NCBI GenBank assembly: GCA_034422515.1
Contig: DAOUJP010000007.1
Span: forward strand, 21,175-85,174
Source: Chloroflexota bacterium
GTDB taxonomy: Bacteria > Chloroflexota > UBA11872 > UBA12225 > JAJDUF01
Length of the DNA: 64,000 bases
Direction of reading: 5' to 3'
Each line of letters starts with the position of its first letter. Position 1 is the stretch's first letter. The notes under the pieces are model-generated. The model did not search any database and was not told where the DNA came from. It was given only the letters and a program-made list of their open reading frames with translations. Shown here piece after piece: positions 47,992 through 60,376 of the stretch. Both the position numbers and the translations under genes were made by a program.

Positions 47992-48305
47992 AGACCTCCA
48001 TACGCATCAGGTTAGTCGGAGAGTGCCGTGCGCCGCCGGGGGCACGGCACGACCCTCCGAGAGTACACATACGCTGCTGTGCATACCACAAGCACTCGAA
48101 CCTTATACCGGGAATGCATTGAGAGCGAATGCTTGTGCGCCGCCTTGAGCCATGAACCATAGGGACTGCTGCGGCGCTGGCAATTCAGAGTGTACCGCTG
48201 GAGCTTGCTTACGGCAAGCGCAGTGGCCGGGCCGGGCATTCGCCGGCTATGCTTGTACCGGAAGCGAACGGTCCGGCTCACGCTGGGTGAGTCGGGAGGA
48301 GGGCG

Positions 48306-49925
48306 ATGTTGTCGGCGCAGGATGGTGTGGCGGATGTGCTCATCGTCGGCGCGGGGGCGTCGGGCGCGGCGGTAGCGTGGTCGTTGTCGCAAGCCGGGCT
48401 GTCGGTCGTCTGCCTGGAGCAAGGCGGCTGGGTGGACCCGCATTCGTATCCCCACAACCGGCCCGACTGGGAGCACCACCGGGCCACCGACTTTGCCAAG
48501 GACCCGAATGTACGCCAGCGCCCGGAAGACTATCCCGTCAACGTGGACCGGACGCCCATTGTCCCGCTCATGTTCAATGCCGTCGGCGGCAGCACGATCC
48601 ACTGGAGCGGGCACTTTCCCCGCTTTCGTCCCTCGGACTTCCGCGTCCAGAGCCTCGATGGCGTTGCCGACGACTGGCCGCTGACCTACTGGGACCTGGA
48701 GCCATACTACGAGCAGAACGACGCGATGATCGGAGTGACCGGCTTGAGCGGCGATCCGGCAAACCCGCCGCGCCAGCCCCGGCAGTCGCCGCCGCTCGGT
48801 CTCGACCGCGCTGGCGAGGTCTACGTCCGTGGGCTAGAGAAGCTGGGTTGGCATTGGTGGCCGTCGGACTGTGCCCTGATCACCGTGCCTCATGGTGACG
48901 GCCGCAGCGTGTGTAACAACTGCGGGCCGTGTGACATGGGGTGCCCAATCGGCGCGATGTCCAGTGCTCACGTCACCTATTGGCCGGCCGCTCTCGCGCG
49001 GGGCGTGCGCCTCGTGACCCATGCGCGGGTGCGAGAGATCACGGTAGACGGAGACGGTCGTGCGGATGGCGTCGTGTTCTACGACCAGGACGGCAACGAG
49101 CATCGCCAAGCGGCGCGGGTGGTGGTGCTGGCCGGCAACGGGGTCGGCACGCCACGTTTGCTCCTCAACTCGACCTCGCCGCGCTTTCCGAACGGCTTGG
49201 CCAACGACAGCGGGCTGGTCGGCCGGAACCTGATGTTCCATCCGGTGGCGTTTGTGAGCGGGGTGTTCCCGGAGCGGGTCAACGGCTACCGGGGACCGGA
49301 CGGGCTGCTCATCCACTGCCAGGAGTTCTACGAAACCGACCGCAGTCGCGGTTTCGTGCGTGGCTTGCAGTTGCAATTCGCCCGCGACGTTGGGCCGCTC
49401 GGTGCGGCGCTCGGCACCTTCACGGGCCAATCGGTACCCTGGGGCACCGATCATCACCGCACCTGGCGCGAGCGGTTTGGTCATGCCCTGACCGTGGCCG
49501 TGATGGTGGAAGACCTGCCGGAGCTACACAACCGGGTGACCTTGGACCCGGTGCTGCGGGACGGACACGGCATCGCGGCCCCGCGGATCGAGTACACTCT
49601 GAGCGAGAATAGTCAGCGTGCGCTCGACTTCGGTGTGGCGCGAGCGACCGAAGTCTTTGAAGCCGCGGGGGCGCATACGGTGTTCACCCAGTCGCCGCTG
49701 CGTAACTCCGGCTGGCATCTGATGGGCACGGCGCGGATGGGTGATGATCCTCAGCACTCCGTCACGGATCGTTGGGGACGCACCCACGACGTTCCCAATC
49801 TCTTCATCGTAGACGGGAGCCTGTTCGTGACCTGCGCGCCGATTAATCCGACCAGTACCATCCAAGCCTTGGCGCTCCGCACCGCCGCTTGGCTCGCCGA
49901 CAACTTCTCCGAGGAGGCCTCATGA
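48306..49925 (+). CDS. GMC family flavin oxidoreductase
   Basis: IVGAGASG, AVGGSTIHW, DWPLTYWDLEPYY, CNNCGPC cluster, VGRNLMFH, HLMGTARMG, INPTSTIQALA. Confidence 0.93.
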   Translation: MLSAQDGVADVLIVGAGASGAAVAWSLSQAGLSVVCLEQGGWVDPHSYPHNRPDWEHHRATDFAKDPNVRQRPEDYPVNVDRTPIVPLMFNAVGGSTIHWSGHFPRFRPSDFRVQSLDGVADDWPLTYWDLEPYYEQNDAMIGVTGLSGDPANPPRQPRQSPPLGLDRAGEVYVRGLEKLGWHWWPSDCALITVPHGDGRSVCNNCGPCDMGCPIGAMSSAHVTYWPAALARGVRLVTHARVREITVDGDGRADGVVFYDQDGNEHRQAARVVVLAGNGVGTPRLLLNSTSPRFPNGLANDSGLVGRNLMFHPVAFVSGVFPERVNGYRGPDGLLIHCQEFYETDRSRGFVRGLQLQFARDVGPLGAALGTFTGQSVPWGTDHHRTWRERFGHALTVAVMVEDLPELHNRVTLDPVLRDGHGIAAPRIEYTLSENSQRALDFGVARATEVFEAAGAHTVFTQSPLRNSGWHLMGTARMGDDPQHSVTDRWGRTHDVPNLFIVDGSLFVTCAPINPTSTIQALALRTAAWLADNFSEEAS

Positions 49926-50425
49926 CCGGCCAAGCCGACGGCTATCACGTGCTGACCGCAGCGCAGCGCGCGACGCTCACGGCAATTCAGGACGATCTTG
50001 TGCCACCGGAGGGCGAGTTGCCCGGCGCCGGTGCGGCCGGCGGCGCCGCTGCCATGGACGGCTACCTCCACGCGCAGCCGCTGTTGCAGACGAATATCCT
50101 CACGGTCTTGGCGGCCGTGGACGCGAGCGCCCAATCCCGCGCCGCTGAACCGTCGGGCGATTCTAGTCCCCCGTCCCCGTTCGCGGCGTTGCCGGCCGCT
50201 GCGCGCGTCGCCGTCTTGCGCGCCGTCGAGGCGGAGCACCCCGAGCCGTTCCGCACGCTAGTCGAGTTGACGTACACCGCCTACTACACCAACCCGGCCA
50301 TTCAAGCGCTCCTCGGGCCGGATGCCCACCCGCCCCAGCCCCACGGCTACCCGTCCCCGCCACCTTTCGACCCGCGCCGCTTGGAGCGCGTCAAGCAGCG
50401 CGGCCGGCTCTGGCGCGACGCCTGA
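49922..50425 (+). CDS. Gluconate 2-dehydrogenase subunit 3 family protein
   Basis: TLTAIQDDLVP..GELPGAGAAG and PFRTLVELTYTAYYT; ATGA-coupled to the GMC gene. Confidence 0.8.
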   Translation: MTGQADGYHVLTAAQRATLTAIQDDLVPPEGELPGAGAAGGAAAMDGYLHAQPLLQTNILTVLAAVDASAQSRAAEPSGDSSPPSPFAALPAAARVAVLRAVEAEHPEPFRTLVELTYTAYYTNPAIQALLGPDAHPPQPHGYPSPPPFDPRRLERVKQRGRLWRDA

Positions 50426-50595
50426 GTGCCGGGCTCCTGCCGGGGTCCGCCGCTGCACGATATGGCGGCGAAAGGACGTACTTTGCTGTCCGTCCAGATG
50501 ATGTTATGATCTGGAGCAATCGGGGCTGCCCAGCTTGGAGACGAAGTGGATATGTTGTTGGACACAGGCAGTCCGACTGGGAAGGAGACGGAGAA

Positions 50596-52053
50596 ATGAA
50601 ACCCCTCGCAAGCAGCAGGTTCACACGCCGCACGTCGGCACTAACCCTGGCCGCGCTGGCCGGCGGCACGGTACTCGCAGCCTGCGGCGAGCCGACCGTC
50701 CGCTACGTTGGCCAGCCGCAGGCCGGCCCAGCGGGTCCAGCGGGTCCAGCGGGACCCAAGGGTGAGACGGGCGCGCAAGGCGCGCAGGGTGTCCAGGGCG
50801 CAGCGGGCAAGACCGTCGAGCCGGTCACCCTTGAGGTCGCTCACTACTGGCTGCGCGCCCCGGAGCACCCCCGCACCCAGACGGTTAAGGGTGCCGAGGC
50901 GCTCTTCAAGCCCATGTATCCGCATGTCGTCCTCGATTCCTACGCGATTGTCGGCGAAGGTCGGAACTACCAGCAGGCGCTGACCACCTGGGCCGCCTCC
51001 GACACCCTCCCGGATGTCATTCAGGGCATGGCTGCCTACTACCTGGAAGGCTGGGTGAAGCGCGGCTTGCTTGCAGACCTCACGGCCGAGTTGAAGCTGA
51101 GAAAGTGGGAGAAAGACGAGCATTACTACTCACCGATGCACTCGGAAGTCGCCGGCAAGGTGTACGGCATTCCGTGGCACCTGAACGTCAACACGTGGAC
51201 TTACAACGTGGACATGTTCGAGAATGCCAGTCTCAGTCTCCCCGACGACACGTGGACCACCGCCGATGTCTTCGAAGCCGCCACCAAGCTCACCGATGCC
51301 GACAACAAGCAGTGGGGCATCTCCCACGGCGGCCCCGTCCCCGGCTATATCTGGCCCTTGGTCTACGCCAACGGCGCCGACGTGTGGGAACGCTCGCCAT
51401 TCAAGACCTTGTTCCACCACGAACAGCAGCTCGAAGTGTTCCAGTGGGCCTACGACACTATCCACAAGTACGCGGTCCACCCCCAGATGTTCGACGCCGA
51501 CCGCACGCGGCTCAACCGCGACCTCAGCTTCAACAAGGGCAACTTCGCCATGGCCGGCAACAGTAGCCCCAAGGGGTCGTTCAAGACCATCAAGGGTGCT
51601 TTCAGGATGCAGGTCATGCACTCCCCGCGCTGGGAGGGAACCAAAAACCGCGTCACCAACTTCAACAACATCCCCGGTGTGGTGACGACCACGGCAGAGA
51701 AACGGGGCGCGCTCAAGTCTGCCGTTGACTTCGTGACCTTCTTGAGCGGTGAAGAGGCACAGCTGGTGAACGCCGAGACCGGCGCAGCCTTCCCCGTCAA
51801 CAAGAAGGCTGCCAACTCACCGACGTATCTGAACGAGTTCCCCGAGTTGGACATGAAGGTCACCACGGACATTCTTGAAACACAGCCGGACCAGTGGGCG
51901 CGCGGCTACGCCGTGTGGGAGCACTGGCGGGCCTGGTACGACGTCATCCTGCCGATCCTGCAAGAGGGTTTCAGCGGCAAGTGGAGCATGCCCGATACCG
52001 CGAAGCGGGCCTCTGAAGCTGGCGACGCCGCTGTCCAAAAGCTGCTCTCGTAA
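50596..52053 (+). CDS. ABC sugar-type extracellular solute-binding lipoprotein with collagen-like stalk
   Basis: Twin-Arg-like RFTRR, lipobox LAAC, (Gly-X-Y)10, then SBP features (DTLPDVI, GKVYGIP, TWTYNVDMFE, WTTADV, FNKGNFAM). Confidence 0.88.
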   Translation: MKPLASSRFTRRTSALTLAALAGGTVLAACGEPTVRYVGQPQAGPAGPAGPAGPKGETGAQGAQGVQGAAGKTVEPVTLEVAHYWLRAPEHPRTQTVKGAEALFKPMYPHVVLDSYAIVGEGRNYQQALTTWAASDTLPDVIQGMAAYYLEGWVKRGLLADLTAELKLRKWEKDEHYYSPMHSEVAGKVYGIPWHLNVNTWTYNVDMFENASLSLPDDTWTTADVFEAATKLTDADNKQWGISHGGPVPGYIWPLVYANGADVWERSPFKTLFHHEQQLEVFQWAYDTIHKYAVHPQMFDADRTRLNRDLSFNKGNFAMAGNSSPKGSFKTIKGAFRMQVMHSPRWEGTKNRVTNFNNIPGVVTTTAEKRGALKSAVDFVTFLSGEEAQLVNAETGAAFPVNKKAANSPTYLNEFPELDMKVTTDILETQPDQWARGYAVWEHWRAWYDVILPILQEGFSGKWSMPDTAKRASEAGDAAVQKLLS

Positions 52054-52090
52054 CCGTGCTCCGGCCTACAACGGCCCCTGGATACCACAC

Positions 52091-52117
52091 GAGCCGGGCC
52101 GGCTACTGGCCCGGCTC
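52091..52117 (+). terminator. GC-rich hairpin downstream of the SBP gene (possible terminator)
   Basis: GAGCCGGGCC/GGCCCGGCTC 10-bp stem; no U-tract. Confidence 0.4.
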
Positions 52118-52157
52118 GCGGCCGCCCCGGACGTGTAACTCAGGTGGCGAGATCGCC

Positions 52158-52224
52158 CGCCGTCGAGGCGGAGCATCCCCCACCGTTCCGTACTGACATA
52201 CACCGCCCACCACACAACCCGGCC
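52158..52224 (+). repeat. Decayed direct copy of 50221-50299 (fragment of the subunit 3 gene)
   Basis: First 18 nt identical (CGCCGTCGAGGCGGAGCA), then colinear with point changes, an 11-nt deletion and a 1-nt deletion. Confidence 0.8.
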
Positions 52225-52365
52225 CCGCCGCGCGCCGCCTGAAGGCAGGACCGCTGCCGCTTTGCCTCGCTTTCCCTACCTGTGCTGCTTGCCCTACATA
52301 GTCCTGCCGAGGACGCTTGGCGCGTCTGTGGTACGCTCAACCCGACAAACCCAGGACAAGGAGTG

Positions 52366-53469
52366 ATGATGACAGCGCAGACGGATCTGATCGGTCAGCC
52401 CGTGCAGGAGCTGGATACCCCGGCCCTGCTCGTTGACCTCGATGTCATGGAAGGCAACATTCGCCGCATGGCCGACTATTTCGCCAAGTACGGCGTGAAC
52501 TGGCGGCCGCACACCAAGGGGGTGAAGGTGCCCGGGATTGCCCAGCAGGAGCTTGCCGCCGGCGCTATTGGGGTGACTTGCGCCAAGTTGGGTGATGCGG
52601 AGGCGATGGCGGCCGGGGGCATTGACAACATTCTCATCGCCAACCAGCTTGTCGGCCGGCGCAAGCTGGAGCGCCTCGCCGCGCTGGTGCGTAACGGCAC
52701 GACCGTCATCGTCGCCATAGACAGCGCCGATCAGGCGCGCGCCATGGACGCGGCGGCACAAGCCGGTGGGGTCAAGATCAACGTAGTCCTGGAGCTAAAC
52801 GTCGGCATGGACCGCTCCGGGGTGCTGCCGCGGGACCCGGCACTGGCTCTGGCCCACCAAGTCCATGCGCTACCCGGCCTGACGCTGTGCGGACTGATGG
52901 GCTGGGAGGGCCACGCGGCCGATATTCCCGATCCGGCGGCCAAGCGGCAAGCGATTGCCGCCGCGATAGAAGAGCTGGTAGCAACGGCGGAGCAGTGTCG
53001 GGCGGCAGGACTTCCTTGCGAAATCGTGAGCTGTGGTGGCACCCAGACCTATCAGATCACGGCCACGCTGCCGGGGATTACCGAGGTGCAGGCCGGTGGC
53101 GGCATCTTCTGCGATATGGAATACAGCAAGTGGATAGACCACCCCATCGGGTTGTCCCTGCTGGCTACCGTCGTGAGCCGTCCCGACCCGCAGCGCATTA
53201 TCGTAGACTCCGGCTTCAAGGCCCTGGGGCGGCCGCTGACCGACCCGCAGCCCCGCGACATCGCCGGCGTGACCGGCATCGCGCTGTCGGCCGAGCACGG
53301 CACGATCAGCCTGGACACGCCAAATGACACGCCGCGCTTCGGCGACAAGATCGTGATCTACGCCGGCTACGGCGATATGACCGTCTTCCTCCACGATGAG
53401 CTGTACGGCGTGCGTAACGACCACGTCGAAGCCGTCTGGCCGGTCTTCCCCCGCCGCAGCTTCCGCTAA
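52366..53469 (+). CDS. D-threonine aldolase / DSD1-family PLP enzyme (alanine racemase-like barrel)
   Basis: LDTPALLVDLD, WRPHTK (PLP Lys), GGTQT, EVQAGG, VDSGFK, SAEHG. Confidence 0.9.
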   Translation: MMTAQTDLIGQPVQELDTPALLVDLDVMEGNIRRMADYFAKYGVNWRPHTKGVKVPGIAQQELAAGAIGVTCAKLGDAEAMAAGGIDNILIANQLVGRRKLERLAALVRNGTTVIVAIDSADQARAMDAAAQAGGVKINVVLELNVGMDRSGVLPRDPALALAHQVHALPGLTLCGLMGWEGHAADIPDPAAKRQAIAAAIEELVATAEQCRAAGLPCEIVSCGGTQTYQITATLPGITEVQAGGGIFCDMEYSKWIDHPIGLSLLATVVSRPDPQRIIVDSGFKALGRPLTDPQPRDIAGVTGIALSAEHGTISLDTPNDTPRFGDKIVIYAGYGDMTVFLHDELYGVRNDHVEAVWPVFPRRSFR

Positions 53470-53513
53470 CCCGCGCCCGGCCCCCCGGCACCGAATACCG
53501 GGCCGGTCTAGCG

Positions 53514-53580
53514 GTAGGGGCGTCATTCATGGCGTCCGCGCCCGCCGGCTTGTCCGTCATTCCCGCGAAAGCGGGAATCC
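53514..53580. repeat. Composite REP cluster: GTAG-type (53514-53539) plus ATTCCC-N8-GGGAAT (53556-53580)
   Basis: GTAGGGGCGTCATTCATGGCGTCCGC and GTCATTCCCGCGAAAGCGGGAATCC between convergent genes. Confidence 0.75.
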
Positions 53581-53641
53581 GGGCACCATCCCTTCAGAGA
53601 GATGGCCGGGGTGAGGGTGATGGCCGTGCGACCGACGCCGG

Positions 53642-55993
53642 TTAGGCGCTGGCTTGCTGGATTGCTTGCCAGATGCGCTCCGGCTTGAGGGGCATGTCGA
53701 GGTGGGTCACGCCGAGCGGTCGCACCGCGTCAATGACGGCGTTGACCACGGCCGGGGTAGAGCCGATGGTCCCGGCCTCGCCAACCCCTTTGGCGCCGAG
53801 AATGTTATTCGGCGTGGGTGTTTCGGTCCGGTCCGTCTCGAAACTGGGGAGCATCCCGGCCTTGGGCGCCGCGTAGTCCATCAGCGACCCGGTGAGTAGC
53901 TGGCCGGTCTCGCCATCGAACACGATTTCCTCGTAGAGCGCCTGCGCGATCCCCTGCGCCAGCCCACCGTGGACCTGCCCATCTACCAGCTTGGGGTTGA
54001 TGGCCGTGCCGCAGTCGTCCACGGCTACGTAGCGCGTGATCTCCACCTGGCCGGTTTCGGCATCCACTTCGACGATACAGGCGTGGGTGCCGAACGGGAA
54101 GGTGTACCCCGGCGGATCGTAGAAGTGCGTGAACTCCAGGCCCGGCTCCAACCCCTCGGGGATGTCAACGTGGGTGATCGCGGCGGCGGCCACGTCGGCA
54201 AAGGCAATGCTGCGGCCCGGCACACCGCGGATGTGTGCCTGACCGTCGGCCAGGTCCACGTCTTCGGGCGCCGCTTCCAGTAGGTGTGCTGCGATCTTGA
54301 GCACCTTGTCGCGTACCTTCTCGGTCGCAAAGTGGACCGCCGGCCCGCCGACGGCAATACCGCGGCTGCCAAAGGTCCCGACGCCGTACTGGACTTGGCC
54401 GGTATCGCCATGCAGGACCACGACATCATCGAGCGACACGCCCAGTTGATCAGCAACCATTTGGGCAAAGGTAGTCTCCTGCCCCTGGCCGTGCGGCGAG
54501 GTGCCGGTGAGCACCGTCACGTTCCCGTTGGGGTCCACGCGCACGGTGGCGCTCTCCCAACCGCCCATGCCGGCCAGGTCCTTCGAGGGACCAAAGCCGC
54601 AAATCTCGACGTAGGAGGACAAACCCAGCCCCAGGTAGCGGCCCTGCTCACGGGCTGCGGCCTGCTCCTGCCGGAAGGCGTCGTAGTCAATCATCTCCAG
54701 CGCCCGATCCAGCGAGGCGTCATAGTTGCCACTGTCGTATTCGTTCCCGGGTGGCGTGGTGTAGGGGAACTGATCCGGCTGGATGAAGTTGCGGCGCCGC
54801 ACATCCGCCGGGTCGAGGTCCAGCTCGGCCGCGATGGCGTCCATCGTGCGCTCGATGAGGTAGGTCGCTTCGGGCCGGCCGGCGCCGCGATAGGCGGCGG
54901 TGGCAATCTTGTGCGTGTAAATCCCGAGGACCTCGGCGTGGTAGTCCTGGAAGTCGTAGCAGCCGTTGCCCATTCCGGCCGTAAGTCCGGGGATGGCCGG
55001 GGTGGTGGCGTGCTGGTAGGCGCCCAGATCGGCGAGTACCCTCATGCGTAAGCCGAGCAGCTTGCCGTCGTTGGTGACGGGCGCCTCGATATAGTCAATC
55101 TGATCTCGCCCGTGGATGCACGTGATGAAGTCCTCGCTGCGGTCCTCGACCCACTTCACGGGCCGGCCGAAACGCACCGCCAAGTGCCCGGTGAGCACCT
55201 CGTCGGGATAGAAGTTGGCCTTGGCGCCAAAGCCGCCGCCGACCTCCGGCACGATCAAGCGCAAATTGTGCTCCGGGATGCCCAGGAGCTTGGAAAACTG
55301 GGTCCGCAGCAGGTGGGGGAACTGGCTGGTGGCCCAGATGGTGAGCTGGCCGGAGGCCACGTTGTAGTCGGCTGCCAGGCAGCGCGGCTCCATGAACAGC
55401 GGCAGCAGGCGCTGGTTGACCAGGCGTAGCTTCACCACCCGGTCGGCTCGCGCAATGGCGGCCTCGATGTCTCCGGCCTCAGTGACCGTGTTAAAACTGA
55501 CGTTGCTGTCCATCGATTCGTGGACGAGCGGACTGTCTGCATCGAGCGCCTGCTCGATGTCTATGACCGCCGGCAGCGGGTCGTAGTCCACCTCGACGAG
55601 ATCAACCGCGTCGCGGGCCTGGTACGGGTCTTCGGCTACGACACACGCGATGGCCTCACCGACGCACCGCACGGTGTCCGTGGCGAGCAGGGGCAGCCCC
55701 GTCTCCGTCATGCCCTCCACGGCCGCAAAGGCGGCGATGTTGTTCTCGATTTGACCTTCGAGATCGGCCGCCGTGAGCACTGCGACCACGCCGGGCGCCG
55801 CCGCGGCCGCGCTGGTATCCACGCGGGTCAGACGGGCGTGTGCCTCCGTGCTCCGCACGAACGCCGCGTGTAGCGCCCCGGGAATCCGCACGTCGTCAAC
55901 ATAGGTGGCGCCACCCTGGATTAGGCGTGGGTCCTCGCGCCGGCGGATGGGTGCCCCGACGAACTTGGGCAGGCTCGGCGTTGCGGTCGTCAT
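53642..55993 (-). CDS. Xanthine dehydrogenase family Mo-binding large subunit, form II CoxL-like (copy 2)
   Basis: RREDPRLIQG, GGGFGAK, AYRGAGRPEA, GQGQET, GTFGSRG, VDGQVHGG, KGVGEAG. Confidence 0.92.
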   Translation of the reverse strand: MTTATPSLPKFVGAPIRRREDPRLIQGGATYVDDVRIPGALHAAFVRSTEAHARLTRVDTSAAAAAPGVVAVLTAADLEGQIENNIAAFAAVEGMTETGLPLLATDTVRCVGEAIACVVAEDPYQARDAVDLVEVDYDPLPAVIDIEQALDADSPLVHESMDSNVSFNTVTEAGDIEAAIARADRVVKLRLVNQRLLPLFMEPRCLAADYNVASGQLTIWATSQFPHLLRTQFSKLLGIPEHNLRLIVPEVGGGFGAKANFYPDEVLTGHLAVRFGRPVKWVEDRSEDFITCIHGRDQIDYIEAPVTNDGKLLGLRMRVLADLGAYQHATTPAIPGLTAGMGNGCYDFQDYHAEVLGIYTHKIATAAYRGAGRPEATYLIERTMDAIAAELDLDPADVRRRNFIQPDQFPYTTPPGNEYDSGNYDASLDRALEMIDYDAFRQEQAAAREQGRYLGLGLSSYVEICGFGPSKDLAGMGGWESATVRVDPNGNVTVLTGTSPHGQGQETTFAQMVADQLGVSLDDVVVLHGDTGQVQYGVGTFGSRGIAVGGPAVHFATEKVRDKVLKIAAHLLEAAPEDVDLADGQAHIRGVPGRSIAFADVAAAAITHVDIPEGLEPGLEFTHFYDPPGYTFPFGTHACIVEVDAETGQVEITRYVAVDDCGTAINPKLVDGQVHGGLAQGIAQALYEEIVFDGETGQLLTGSLMDYAAPKAGMLPSFETDRTETPTPNNILGAKGVGEAGTIGSTPAVVNAVIDAVRPLGVTHLDMPLKPERIWQAIQQASA

Positions 55994-56146
55994 AGTCGCA
56001 GCCTCCTGATGTTCGCTGAATCGTAGCGCGAGGGAGCAGGCGGCTCACCCCGCCGTACCGGAGTTTCGCCGGTTATGTCGTTTTCGTGCGCCGCGTGCAA
56101 TCGGCCGGGAAAATGAGCGTCCGGCAAGTCGTGCCTACCGGAGCTA

Positions 56147-57016
56147 CTAGCTCCCCGCCTGTGCCGCTGCCTGCTCCACCGCCCGCCGCGTGTAGACGCG
56201 AACGAGATGAGCGCGATATTCGGCGGACGCGAACAGGTCGTCGTTGAGGTCGAGACCCTCGGCGGCCTGTTCGGCGGCGGCAGCGATATTGTCAGCGGTG
56301 AGTTCCTGGCCGGTCAGCGCGGCCTCGACGGCCATGGCTCGCATCGGCGTGCTCCCGACGCCGGTAATCCCGATCCGCGCCCGCTCACACTTGCCGTCAG
56401 TGCCGACGGTCACGACGGCGGCGACGCCACAGAGCGCGTAGCCCGATGCCGGATGGGCATTCTTGACGTAGGCCGCGCCGCTCTGGCCGGACGTGGCCGG
56501 CACGGTAATCGTCGTCAGTAGCTCATCGTCACCGAGCGCGGTCATCAGCGGGCCGGTGAAGAAGCTGTCGGCAGCGATGGTGCGGCTGCCGTTCGCACTC
56601 ACGGCCGTCAACTCGGCTTCCAGCGCCAGCACTGCGGCCGGGAGGTCCGCGGCCGGGTCGCCGTGCGCCAAGCTGCCCCCGATGGTGCCGAGGTTACGCA
56701 CTTGGCGGTCGCCGATAATGGCGGCCGTCTGCTGGAGCAGCGGACACGCCGCCCCCAGCGCCTCCGAATCCTCCAGAGTGCTGTGCGTGGTGCCGGCTCC
56801 CACCGTGACTTGCCCGTTGTCGGTGCTGATGCCGGACAGCCCCTCGATGCTCCCGATGTCAACCAGCACCTCCGGGGCGGCCAGGCGCAGTTTCATCAAC
56901 GGAATGAGGCTATGCCCTCCGGCCAGTATTTTGGCGTCGTCGCCGTGCTCGGCAAGCAGCGCCACGGCCTCCTCGACGGTGGATGGTGTTTCGTATGCAA
57001 ACGCGCTTGGGATCAT
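56147..57016 (-). CDS. FAD-binding medium subunit, CoxM-like
   Basis: LAGGHSLIPLMKLRLA, QVRNLGTIGGSLAHGDPAAD. Confidence 0.93.
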   Translation of the reverse strand: MIPSAFAYETPSTVEEAVALLAEHGDDAKILAGGHSLIPLMKLRLAAPEVLVDIGSIEGLSGISTDNGQVTVGAGTTHSTLEDSEALGAACPLLQQTAAIIGDRQVRNLGTIGGSLAHGDPAADLPAAVLALEAELTAVSANGSRTIAADSFFTGPLMTALGDDELLTTITVPATSGQSGAAYVKNAHPASGYALCGVAAVVTVGTDGKCERARIGITGVGSTPMRAMAVEAALTGQELTADNIAAAAEQAAEGLDLNDDLFASAEYRAHLVRVYTRRAVEQAAAQAGS

Positions 57017-57083
57017 CTCGGTTGCCTCCTTCCGAAGATTCCGCGCTTCCTATGGTCTCCGGTTGACCGTTCTCGTCGGACCG

Positions 57084-59501
<2,418 letters not shown>

Positions 59502-59620
59502 GGTTGCCCTCCTCTCATCCTCTGTCGAATGCCTCGCACTCCATTCACATTGGGGAAGTTGCGAGCCGTCAGGCCCATAGTCCCGGCAGCTCACTCCCCG
59601 GCAGTAGGGCTACGGTGGTC

Positions 59621-60118
59621 CTAGCCCGCCGACTGACTGGCGGCGTGCTGGACGGCCTTGACGATGTTGTGGTAGCCGGTGCAACGGCACAGGTTGCCTT
59701 CGAGACCCTCGCGGATTTCTTCCTCGCTGGGGTCGGGATGGCGTTGCAAGATTTCGTAGGCAGAGATGATCATGCCGGGAGTGCAGAAGCCACATTGCAG
59801 GCCGTGCTGCTCCCAGAACCCCTCCTGCAAGGGGTGGAGACCACCATCCTGGGGAGCCGTTGCCGCCAGCCCCTCGATGGTCGTGATCTCAGCCCCGTCG
59901 GCTTGCACGGCAAAGACAGTACAGGACTTCACCGTCTTGCCGTCCATCAGCACGACGCAAGCGCCACACTGGCTGGTGTCGCAGCCGATGTGGGTGCCGG
60001 TCAAGCCCAACGCATCCCGCAAGTAGTGAACGAGGAGCGTGCGCGGCTCAACCTCAGCCGTGCGGGTGGTGCCGTTAATCGCCGCCGATACTTCCTGTGT
60101 ACTCACCACGATACTCAT
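59621..60118 (-). CDS. [2Fe-2S] small subunit, CoxS-like
   Basis: [24 protein letters not shown]. Confidence 0.93.
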   Translation of the reverse strand: MSIVVSTQEVSAAINGTTRTAEVEPRTLLVHYLRDALGLTGTHIGCDTSQCGACVVLMDGKTVKSCTVFAVQADGAEITTIEGLAATAPQDGGLHPLQEGFWEQHGLQCGFCTPGMIISAYEILQRHPDPSEEEIREGLEGNLCRCTGYHNIVKAVQHAASQSAG

Positions 60119-60376
60119 CCCCTTTCTGCGGTGGGTATGCCCCCACCCGGGACCTACCGATGTCATGGCCGGCGGTCGCCGGTGCGGCGGCAAACCGGAG
60201 AGTCACTGACCCCCGGCTGGGTGTTAGCGACAGTCTAAGCATGGTCCGGCGCTGAGTCAAATGGTATTGTAGGGTAAGGAGTGTGCCTCACCCCCGTCCC
60301 GGCGGGCTTTCTAGCCACAGAGAGGAGGCCGGCCCCCCTATGGCCCCCCCGCGCAGTGGGGGAACGGTCAGTTCCC

